A DNA stretch of 61,868 nt, counting the filler, from Choristocarpus tenellus KU-1152 (Eukaryota > Protista > Phaeophyceae), in assembly GCA_964200185.2 (NCBI GenBank). It is 12 parts of 12 records of this genome, joined end to end, with 100 filler letters (N's around TTAATTAATTAA, not from the genome) between each part and the next. Parts side by side here need not be neighbours in the genome. Positions count along the whole stretch, not along the records: positions 39,609 to 43,584 come from CAXNAD020016832.1; positions 43,685 to 47,858 come from CAXNAD020015846.1; positions 47,959 to 50,478 come from CAXNAD020027124.1; positions 50,579 to 53,865 come from CAXNAD020021024.1; 8 more parts are not named here. One strand, written 5' to 3'. Under the pieces are notes generated by a model. It was not told the origin of the DNA. It saw only the letters and a program-made list of their open reading frames with translations, and searched no databases. The translations under genes and the position numbers were made by a program. Of the stretch, positions 39,766-50,864 are shown in pieces; within the stretch, counting starts at the first letter, position 1; every line of letters begins with the position of its first letter.

Positions 39766-42700
39766 CCAGGTCACCAATCTCGGAAGCTACAATTAAATCT
39801 GGGTAGCTTAATTCGATGAGGCAAGGTATTCTACCTGGATAGTGAGCCACTCAGTTTCACATCCTTTTTGTCATTGTGTTCAAAAATTTTCCTCTAATAA
39901 TTTGTTTGGGACAGTATCACTGACTGAACCAGATCTACATGCATTTATATATACGAATGGTCAATTCTACTATATTATTGTGCCCTCTGACACTTTGTAG
40001 ATGTGTCAGGGGAAAAATCGACAAAAACTACTCACACATCAGAATAAACCCTAAAAAAAAAGCACTTGTCATAAATGGGAAGAATATTCATCTGTTTGCT
40101 ATTTTACTACCAGTTATGCTACGCCATTCCCTTCCTCTGCCTCTAACCTAGCTTAGTCCTGCCTCTAAAGCTCTGAAAAATTGCCCATGTTTGTTGGAAT
40201 GATGGTACTGTCCCCGTTCAAAATATCATTGCGTCATATCACTCCACCCACAGACGATTTGTAGGTCCGGAATTGGCCAATCAATTGGCACCGTGATGAC
40301 TAAGAGAGTGCTACCTGTTACTGCGAGAGGGGTACTTACCTGCACAGCTTTGATCTGCATCATGCATTGTACATTTATATTCATTTAACGGTTGTATAAT
40401 ATGGACACTCCACCAGGTGTACTATCATGATACAAAAAAATCGACGAAAGGAAACGAGAGGTACTGGGTATTACCCGTCTTACATTTTACGTCCGTTTTT
40501 TTTTATCTTTTCCAACTCACCCTTAATTTGTATGGATATGAAGTTCTAGGTTTGACTTCCGAGTGTTTATTTCTCAATTGTATGAAAATTTCTGATACAA
40601 TTCAAAAAGTAACCTGTACACAATTCAGAAAAAAAAAAGAATTTGCACATGTGTGTTGACATCCATTAAAGAGAACTCTGGGTATAAACCTCTCGTTTAC
40701 TTTGACTCATCGCTCTCACCACCACAAATTCTTCCTCCTGCACTGAATCTGATCTTTTGCAAACAGGAATGAACTGATCGCCCTTGTTGTGAAGTTGTGA
40801 ACACCGAGTGCGACAGTATCGAGATGGTTATCGTTCATTATTTGTACGAAAATAGAGACTCCTGTTGTCTGCAGGGTCAGTTGGACACGCATTAGGGAAT
40901 GAGCGAGTACCCTTCAAATAATACGATGCTAATATGGTACCAATGATGTTCGTTCAAAGAACACACTTCCAGACAGAAGATATGAACGAGGAGGACATGA
41001 GGAGAACAACTGGTGGATGTGCCTGCAAAACGACCTTTGGAAGTTTGGGATCACGGCTATTGAGGGATGGAGTACATGGATGGGCAACACAACAGCACAA
41101 ACGGTGTGCATGTGGACCTGTGGTTGGTTGACGGCACAAAAAAAAGAGCTTTGCCGACAAGTGGCATTCCGGGGAACCTGTAATAGCTGAAGGTGTACAT
41201 CAAGCAAAAGCGGTACCTAAGACAGCCCAAGCAATTGAGGGCACATGCACACTTACTCACCCTTGATTAGTGCTGCTGTTATCATTGTCTCTCTCCTCTT
41301 GGATTGATTACTCGTGACGCAAGGGAACAATAATTTGATGCATCAAACAACCACATATATACGTAATTGTGGAACTTTAATTTCTCTTCTACCATTCGCT
41401 TCTGTAGATATTTTCAGGAATATCAGTAGTCGACAGCAAATGCCCGATTAACCCCCTTCCACTTGCAGGGAACTCTCTAGGTAGTTGCTAACAAAGTCTC
41501 AACTAGTGCATAGTACTCCTATTTTCTTAACTTCCCCATTTTAGGAGTTATCATGATGACAAAGTCTTGGAGTTTGATGCGGCAGAACTAAAAGGAAAGT
41601 TCGCCATCAAAAAATATAAATAAGTACATAATATATGTAACATGTAGTCATAACATATACCTTTCGCCTACTCCGAAACAGTTCGGAGTAGGAAAATATA
41701 AAAAAAATGTGGGAAGTCAAACCCCAAACGGACAAACAGAGCAAAACTCGTACTCTCTAAGATACGTTCACTCAGATGACAATGGTATCAAAGGATTCCT
41801 GGAAAGGTTCTGTCACATTCTGCAAAGCAGCCTCTACTAGGGTCAAAAACGGATGCCGGCACCCCCCCCTAGATATTTTGATCCTTTAACCTTTCACCTT
41901 CTGTCCATTCTTCCATGCTCATTCATGCATAATCCTTCCTAGCATATCAATCAATTTCCCCTGGTTGCATTGCAAGAGGAAGCAAGACAAAGCGGCAGCA
42001 GCATTAAAAACATATCTACTGAACATACTATTCCATTAACCGGACTTGTAGAAGTGGTGCCCGCCCCTCCTGGATATAAGCACACCAATTTTATTAGCTA
42101 TAAAGATCACAGACCTGCAACATACTTTCATCACCGTGAACAGAAACATTGACACATACGACGCATTTACCCACTCGAAAATGAGTCAGCATTTCGCGCA
42201 AGGAGTAGGAGAGGCTGAGACACAAAACAGTTGCGCACATTGCTATCTAAAATATATAGTGTATTGATTGTACGCGTATCATGTATTTGTACCTTAAAAC
42301 AGCAGTACTCAATGGGCGAGTGCCCTACTTGTCTGTCAATTCCAAGGTACGATCTACAGCTGTGCGGGATGTCCATATACTCATGTTCTACTGAGTGATT
42401 TCTGCACGTACCAAACTTTATCCCACCCATGCAACTTATCAATTTTTTTAACCAAGATCCACGACTTAGTTAGAAAATAGCAAGGGCAATATGCTTCTGA
42501 GGAAGAATGGGCCTAAGATGAATCTAGACACCTCACACGCATAGGCACATCAAATCAATGCCATCGGTTCATCACAAACAACTTTCTCCTTAGAACAAGT
42601 TGTGTTTGTGCACCTGCGGGGGCGGCGCTCAGCAAGGAACTCCAGAGCCACTCACATACACGCAGGAAACCTTCACCTGCCATAGCTAGTCATTTTCCCA

Positions 42701-43500
42701 ATATTAGACATCTTAAACAAATCAAAAGCCAGTCTGACCTATCCAAGAAACGCCAGATTTTGTCATGCAAGAACTCATGAGAAGCAGGGTAACAGCACTT
42801 ACGCTAAAGTAGTGTCATCAAAGTGATCTACATGGTGAGTGAGAATTTAATAGCATGACGAAAATATAATTATATTGTTGTTCATCAGCTGGAAGAAAAA
42901 AAAAAATCTGTCTTATTTCTTTTATCCCATTATTAAGAGCCAAAGTAATTGAGAGGTAGGCAGGTTTAAGCCCCTTTTCATTCTAAAACACCTTTGCTAA
43001 CCTGTGCAATATACACTATTTCGTTGATTTATGTGGACGGTAGTGAATACAAAATTGATATTCCCCCTTTCCACACACACAATGACACAACAATTCAGCT
43101 AAGGTTCTTTCTGCAATTGTACCGACTGACGTCTTTTTGACACATTTTGGGATCCTTGAAGTGAAACCTTGCCTACGAAAACAACACTGTTCCACATGGA
43201 GGGTGTCTCACCATTCAGGTAATCTCTCAGCCACCTTGCAACAACCTTGAAGGGTGCCTTACGAGGATGTGCCACCAATGAATTTTAGAGGGTGGAACTC
43301 TCTGTAGGACCTCCATGTTGCAGTGCGCTCCAGAAGCTTACCTCCACAGGATGTATAGCTCCAATCTACAGGCCTTATAGATGATACTGATGCACGTATA
43401 GGACTCCTGATGCATAAGTCGTCAAGTATGCTGGATCTCCCACTTGGATTATTATCAATATCATCGTACAAAAAGGAACTGGTCAACGATGTCTTATCAC
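39766..43500 (-). CDS. Putative multi-exon gene of unknown product (candidate exons only)
   Basis: GT-AG-bounded open segments at about 43490-43262, 42677-42614 and 39833-39766 (GRIPCLIELSYPDLIVASEIGDL). No recognisable motif, and phases were not fully verified. Confidence 0.3.
40444..40708 (+). mobile_element. MITE family B (~265 bp), Sola2-like
   Basis: Right TIR cctctcgtttactttgactc and degenerate left TIR acgaaaggaaacgagagg, flanked by ATCG at 40440-40443 and 40709-40712. The same right end occurs at 54179-54197. Confidence 0.65.
40713..41335 (+). mobile_element. RTE-clade LINE 3' remnant
   Basis: Decayed HHKFFLLH, TECDSIE, VRK*RLLLSAG, GNERVP and GGHEENNWWMCLQNDLWKFGI. These cover the same C-terminal region as the 34860-35905 remnant. 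Confidence 0.7.
41655..41773 (+). mobile_element. MITE family A, right half
   Basis: cctactccgaaacagttcggagtagg...caaacggacaaacagagcaaaactcgtactctctaagatacgttcactc. Confidence 0.8.
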
Positions 43501-46500
43501 AATCGGAGACCATAATGACCAAATAATAAATAAATAATCAAGAAGTACAAATATATCAAATCTAGGGCTTCAAGGTCATAATGGNNNNNNNNNNNNNNNN
43601 NNNNNNNNNNNNNNNNNNNNNNNNNNNNTTAATTAATTAANNNNNNNNNNNNNNNNNNNNNNNNNNNNNNNNNNNNNNNNNNNNATGAAAAAATTGCCCC
43701 CAAATGGACAGCTGCCACCCCCCCCAGATACTTTGAACCACAAATTTAGAACAACCTTCAGCTACTCTATAGATCTCTTCGGGTTTTTTTCTTCATCCTA
43801 GTATATATAAACTGATTTATTGACTATCCATCTCAGTGTCACAGATGCATGGAGACCCACCTCGATTGTGAAGAGCACGTCTGGAGCCTCTTGCAAGTCA
43901 AACCCGAACACACCAACTTCTTCCATAGCCACCCGTGCTCGAAATGATTCAGTCACAACTTTAGGAGGGGTTGGATCTGAGATTGCCATCATTAAACAAT
44001 ATGAAATGTGAGAACTGGGAAAAAATATGGTAGGGAATGAACATTTTTGTTGGCATCAGGAGAGGAGAAAATCTTCTCCACTTGTGGAAACCCAATGCTC
44101 ATATGATTTCACATAGAGCTGATACCTCGTGACCAAACATCAAACTTCTCACACGATTTTAGGTGTGACGAAACGGCATTTCAGCGTAATCTCACCCGTC
44201 AACCATAGCACTTCCCCAGCAATTGACTCTATGCCATTATCCTCCTCTACAGTGGATGGAACATTGGGACCGCTACACATCTCGAGGGACCCAATCCTCT
44301 CTCCTAGGCAAGATGTTATCCGCTCAAGAAGAAGCTTACACCAGCTCTGGGGAAAGGAAAAGCAGCCACTGTTTTTTGCCACGGTTTCCAGTTCACTCTT
44401 TGGATCGTGGGGGCGATAGGAATCAATCGGCGATTCAGTCTTGCCACGTCGATTTGAAAGAGTCCAGGTTCGTATGGACAGGGAATAGTATTGTACGCAG
44501 AACACCCTCCACAGAAGATGGTGGTCACAATAAATTTAAAGCAGGCACGTGTCGATACATTGATATATATAAGAATGGACGAAACACTTAAGAGAAGGAA
44601 GCACTGGCTTGACACCATGCAGAAAGCGCCACCCTTCACATACCGAATTATATATTTGTATATGGATATGGAGATCAGAGATCATCTCTATCTTACAGGG
44701 AATAAATCGTACCAGGTAGTGCTGGACTCACATCAAGAAGATTCCCAGGTCTCCCTTCGAAGAGGACCTCCCCAAATCCTCCAGGGTGCAGAGCTGATAG
44801 TCTAAAGCGATCCCGCCCACCAACGTCTGGTGACCTGAGTGCTTCCATTCCCGCCCTTACCGTTTCCCGGAGTCCCATTCGTCTCCAGCACGCTTTTCTT
44901 TCCATGGCAGCGTGTGTTCATGGGGTGCCCAGAAGGTACCGAACCTTCTGGAGTACTACTGTAGCTGGTATCTGACTCACTAGTGACAGAAGATGTTTGT
45001 GATTCAACTACAGTACTGTTGTGTATATGGTTACTTTGACGTTTCAGAGAAATGTACGATATGCACGATATATATAAAATCACATGATATCGTGATATTG
45101 TACGATCGTATTGTGATTATTAGAATGAAGTTCTGACTTAGTTCGAATTAAGGTTGTACAAAGTAGATCGGATACATCCAAACAAACGACTTCCTCGAAA
45201 GGTAGATTGCAAGCCTCTACACCTGGCGGGTAATGCAATGTGCAAGGTGGACTATGGATCTAACTGTTGAGAGCTTATTGCTTGACAAGTGAAGGTGCTT
45301 GTCCTTTGAAATTGCAAGATGAAGTCAGGAGTACTGCTGTTTGCAGTGCTTTTCATGATGCAAGCAAATCTTGCAGCTGCATTCATGACCACCTTAACCT
45401 GGCTTACATGGCGTCCACATGAACAGCTGGGTAGGATTAAGGGCGGGTGTCGCAGTGAATTCACTTGCAGTGTTCTGATGTTGCTTGGAAATGGAGAATG
45501 GCAACATGACGACATGTCTGGGCTTCAGGGCCTCATCAAAGAGAGGATGCCAGAAAGATGGGGAAGGGAAACTGCTGAGACTAAGGTGAGGAATTGGAGG
45601 TTTGTACCTCAGAATTCCACATTAACCAATTTTTGATAGGTTGCTTACGATGACGAGGTCGAACTCAACCAGGGCCTCCTCGAGGGGTTAGTGCTGTGGG
45701 GAATGCGATAAGGAGAGAGATCAAGGATAGGGCGGGAGAATGGCGTTCTGCTTACCTTGTTTATTCCTGCCTACTGCATTTGATAGAATATTTTGCAACA
45801 TGTACGCTAATTTTGTTTTGGTGCGATGACCAAGCAAGATAGTGAAGGATGTCCTCGACGAAGGTAACACTATTCGAGATGTTTGTTTCGGTTTGTGGGT
45901 GAGTTGTATTTGTAGTGCTGTGTCCTGAGTCGGTAAATACCACAAGCCGCTCCATCTACTGCATCGCTCCTGCTTTACTTCGATGAGATTGTCGAAGTAC
46001 TGAAGCACCCATACTTATCTGCTATGGATTGCATCCATAGGTCTCGAACTGAGATAATTTGGACAATATTGTTGGATCCTTGAGTTAAAGCTGTCAGCTA
46101 TGGAATGGTTGTCCGTGCCAACACCGAGATCTCTACGGCTGGGAAGCAACAACAGAGTAGTGTAGACCGTCGTAGCCCAGAGTAAGCATGAAAAACATTG
46201 GGTGGGAAGCAGCTTCCTAGCACCAACTTTTCGCGTCAAATAGGAAGCACAGGGGAGTAGTGGAAATTGATCACAAGGAAATGACTGACATGGTATACAT
46301 CCAAACGAAATCGGTAGGTATACCTTTCAATATTTTCACTTCAATATATTAATCTAAAATACCTTTTAACTGTGGACATAGCGTGATGTTCCTGGTAGCA
46401 CCACTCTCACTTGTTGCCTGGTGAAGGATTGCATGTCCAAGGTATTGAACCGTCCAGCACTTTGTAGCCGACCGATATTCATCCTCACTTGATATAACCC

Positions 46501-46833
46501 CAAGCACACTATAAGCACAGCCCACTCATGGCAGCATGTATGGTGGTTAAACCCCGATATGTCACCACTTACACCAAGGAAATAATTGAGATAAGGCCGA
46601 TTTCTCATCTTCTTTGAGAAGAGCCCCTCTCTGTGCTATCACATTATGCCTCAAATACATCAATGTTTGACTACAAGAATCTGGGCAAGCTATGTAGCCA
46701 AATGATCGCAGCTACAGAAACTGTCACATCTACAGTTTTTCATGGCTAGTCGGCCTTACACCAACCCAATCACGAGCAAGACCTCAACCTGCGGTTGTTT
46801 TCCACTTCCACTTCACCTCGCCTTTGAGGGCAG

Positions 46834-46938
46834 GTGAACCCTAAGTTGCAAGGTGAAGAAGATATCGAGTACATGCTGGAAAAATCGTACGCTTCACGTG
46901 AGTCCATCCCGCAGGACCAGCGGGAGGATGAGGAACAG
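46834..46938 (+). CDS. Isolated candidate internal exon, unknown product
   Basis: cag|VNPKLQGEEDIEYMLEKSYASRESIPQDQREDEEQ|gt, 105 nt, open in phase 0. Confidence 0.35.
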
Positions 46939-48037
46939 GTGGACATACACCACCGGGGTAATTTTGACAAGGGGGGGGGAGGAGGGAGGGAAGGAATGGA
47001 GTTCAGGTCTATGTTGGAAGCTCTCAAGGTGAAAATATGTGTGAAAGTTGTTGTATGTCTTTTGCCCACTCCCTCTTTGTTCATGTACTGGTGTTATGAG
47101 TTAAAAACGGTAATGCCTTGGGGAGGCAGCACACAACTAGCGATACATGCAGACTACAACTAGTGACGGGATTGACATTTTTGAATTCCCCCCTCTACCC
47201 TAGAAGGAATCACCACCCCCTCTTCCACTCAACGCTTTCCCCCTGCTACTGAAGGCCTAGACTGGCTTCCTTTTTAGTGCCCTTGCTTGCATCTAGTGTG
47301 TGTTTGGAGAAATATAACCCTGTGACCTGTTGTGAAGGCCTTGAGTGATGTACTGTCAGTTTCATACCACCGAAGAGCTGGACAGATAGGTTCTATGGTG
47401 TGCTCTCTGTGAACCTCATTTAAAAAAAAAAAAGATTCTATGTTGTGAATGGGTTTCTTCAAGAACGTGACCACATACATACTGTCCACTCTACATGAGC
47501 TGTATGTACATACTAGAGACATGAGGTATATGCGCATACTAGAAACATACTAGTATATATACACACTAGAGCACTACTCTATCTTGGTGCTAGATGCAGA
47601 GTTGAGAGAGTGCTCCTTGGGAAAAGTGGTTGTATGCTCAAATGGTCTCTCTCTCTATCTATCTATCTATCTCTCTCTCTCTCTCTTGCCTTCCGCCATC
47701 CTGTTTTTGAATTCCCCTTTTAACATTTTGTTGGAATAGGTGATTCACACTCTCTACTTGTGTGTGTGAACTGTCTGTTCCAACCTGAACTTAATTATTA
47801 ATACTCAAACACAATACTATATAGGGGTATAGTATTAATATGTTAGGGGGGGGGGGGGNNNNNNNNNNNNNNNNNNNNNNNNNNNNNNNNNNNNNNNNNN
47901 NNTTAATTAATTAANNNNNNNNNNNNNNNNNNNNNNNNNNNNNNNNNNNNNNNNNNNNCCCCCCCTACTCCGTTCAAAACAGAACGGTTCACCACCTCGG
48001 ACCCCACTCACCCCCCCAAATATCTCAATCAACATAC

Positions 48038-48206
48038 CTCTTGGTGAGGGTTCCTATGTCGATATATGTCTTTCGAAGCAATGCGATGCTTATCCTTCAT
48101 CCTACAGTTGGCCTCCCTTCCCCTCTCCGCTAATGCCTTTGCTGACTTACCATCTCCCCTTCGGAAAGCCTTAGTGGCAGCCATGAAGAACGCATTTCGG
48201 GACCTT

Positions 48207-48238
<32 letters not shown>

Positions 48239-49684
48239 TTCATCACCAGGGAAGGCGGCAGCGCACGTCAGTTACAGCAATCTCATCACTACAAAACCCC
48301 CAGTACTTTGGAGTACTTAATTACACCACAGCTCATGTAGTAGACTAGACCCACCAGGCCGATTAATTAACAATAATAACAATAATAATAATAACGCACA
48401 TGGAACTACGGTCTGAGGTCAACCACCTTGACAACGTGCCTCAATGATGATGTTCCTTTTTGAAAAAAAAAACAAAAAAAAACAGAGATCGTTTATCGGG
48501 TCGATGCACGGAATCGGGAAGGCGCTGCCTCTTCCATCGGGGTTAATAAATAAATTAAATTCAGACCCCCGATGCCGAAAAAAATAATAAGTCGGCGAGG
48601 GTGGGGGTGGGGGTGGAGTAGTAGAAGACGGAGGATGGAAGTTGGAGGATGGGCTTGATATATAGATTGAGGAGGTTGAACTCTAGATATTGGACTAACG
48701 AGCACCACCTCCAAGTAGAGGGTGTTTGCATCGCCACGTATTGAAGTGAGTTAGGGTTGGAGTTTTTTTTGTTTGTTTGTTGTGAAGTCAGACTTGAGTT
48801 GTTGCGGACAGAGGATTCGATCAAGTGAAGGGTACATTTCAGGTCCTTTTGTTATTTTTGTTGTTGCCAAAATAAGAACAATTACACAGCAAATCGTTCT
48901 TCTACTGACTCAATAGTTCCATATGGGTGGTTGCCAATATTAAGAACAATTAACTGGTGAATTGTTCTTCTACGGACTCATTTGTTCTATATGAGTTGTT
49001 GCCAATAGTAAGAACAATTACCCAGTGAATTGTTCTTATATGGACTCTATTGTTCTATATATATATATGGCATTTTTTCTTCCTTTTCTTACACGGTAAC
49101 GCCATCCATGAAGCGGAAGGGGGGAGGGGGAGGGGAACAATTACATAAGAAATCCATGTTCCACATTCCTGTATGTAAATAGTTCGAAGCTGTGACACCA
49201 GTTGCGGCGACTTAATTGCTACAACATAATCAGGTTGAAGTTGAAGTTGAAGATAGCTGATGCCGAAAACTGAGGGGCTAGGCTCAATCACATGCTTCAC
49301 AGGGCTGCTCAAGTGTTCTGATTTCTGTCAGCAGTTCACAAAGCACACCCAAAAGCATTTCAGCCAATCAGATTCGTACCTTACCAAACCTTAGACTCCA
49401 CTCGCAACACCAAAAAATAAAATAAAATAAAATAAAAGAACGACACACGATGCGCTTGCCTCCCATGTCAATAGCACACACACAGAGGCCATATTCAAAA
49501 AGTAAAAAAAAAAACTTAAAAAAATAAATAAATCTCAACACCCCATTCAACAGAAAGGGGTGTTGCCGGACTACTACTGTAGCAAATCAGTCTCATCACC
49601 TTGCAAGCTCAGCAGCCTCCATCCTAGCCCGGGCATACTGAGATCTCACCGCTTCCCCAGTGGAAACCCACTCGATCTTGCCCT
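48038..49684 (-). CDS. DUF1771 (Smr-associated) domain protein fragment, similar to plant CID7-type Smr proteins
   Basis: Exons 49684-49600 and 48203-48038 join in phase 2. The product is GKIEWVSTGEAVRSQYARARMEAAELAR|SRNAFFMAATKAFRRGDGKSAKALAERGREANCRMKDKHRIASKDIYRHRN, which fits the W..TG.AV..Y...R.EA...AR.RN..F..A..A...G....AK.L...G......M...H..A...IY..RN pattern. The Smr domain itself is expected beyond the contig end. Confidence 0.85.
48860..49060 (+). repeat. Tandem minisatellite, 3 units of 67-68 bp, each with an internal palindrome
   Basis: Units start at gttgccaa (48863, 48930, 48998). Each contains AAGAACAATT-N8-AATTGTTCTT (one mismatch in unit 1). Confidence 0.85.
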
Positions 49685-50864
49685 CTACAGTAGTGCATGC
49701 AGTTACATCAGACCTCCTGTTTGAAATCGTACGGGTTAGTACAGTATGCAATTAACGTATTACATACTTTTAAGAAAACTCAAGAAATAATAAAAAAAAT
49801 ACACCAACAGCGTATCAGAATATATAGATCGTTCACTGTGGGTGATACATATTGATTGACAATTTTTTTTTTAGAAAGTTCCAACCCTAACCCTAACCTG
49901 TAATGCATATCTTGGTACGTAGGGTGTTAACAAAAAAGTTACAATAAATATCTTTTTCATTAATCTACAGAAAAAAATTAGCACCTGTGCTTTGTAAAAT
50001 TTTCATTCTTTTCGTAACTTTTTGTACTATTTTATCTCAGTCCATTTTTTTCAGAGTATATTTCAACAGCGGAAGATAAAATTTTTTAAAAAATATGAAC
50101 GTATCCTTAAAAAAAAAAAAGCATTTACTTTTATTTTTATTTTTGAAAAGTCGCTGGCAAAACGAGTCGAGGCCATTGCGAAAGAATCATTGATTCACTG
50201 AAAAAGTCTACAGCCCTCCCCCGCGTGCCACCTAGAGGTTTTTCCCGCAGACAAGGAATGACACAGTAGCAGTTGCATCAACGAACTTCTCAAGTGCTTG
50301 CCCTATAACCCTAACCCTAACCCTAAGACCCGATACCCTCTTCAAGTCTCCGATTTCACATCCGACGACCACAAAAACCGACGCAGATCCCACCCCCCCC
50401 CCCCCCCCCTCAACCCCGTTGTAGATTCAGATTTAACCTTGAGATCGGATCGGTGCATTAAATCTTTATTTGGGGGGGNNNNNNNNNNNNNNNNNNNNNN
50501 NNNNNNNNNNNNNNNNNNNNNNTTAATTAATTAANNNNNNNNNNNNNNNNNNNNNNNNNNNNNNNNNNNNNNNNNNNNGTGTTTGGGGGGGGGGGGGCAG
50601 AGTACGGCGATTCATGAATGTTCGTGATTTGGAGGTAATATCGTCCGAAGAAGGTGATACAAAAACGGCAACCTTATCGTGGCAAAAAGTCGAACACACT
50701 ATCGATGCAATACTTACCTGTAAGGCCCATAGTTTTGTATACGACGTATTTGGGTGCTGAATTAGGTAGGTTAGGACTCAGGAATAAAAAAAAGAAGTCT
50801 TTTCTGCGTGCCGGTAACTAAACTCTGCCGTTCGTTCTTCACAAAATACGTAACTTAGCGCATT

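Noticed and set aside
43790-46260. Possible decayed gag/pol-like ORFs
   Set aside because: No diagnostic motif recognised.
48860-49060. CRISPR array
   Set aside because: The units are similar along their whole length, with no unique spacers and no cas genes, in a eukaryotic intron.
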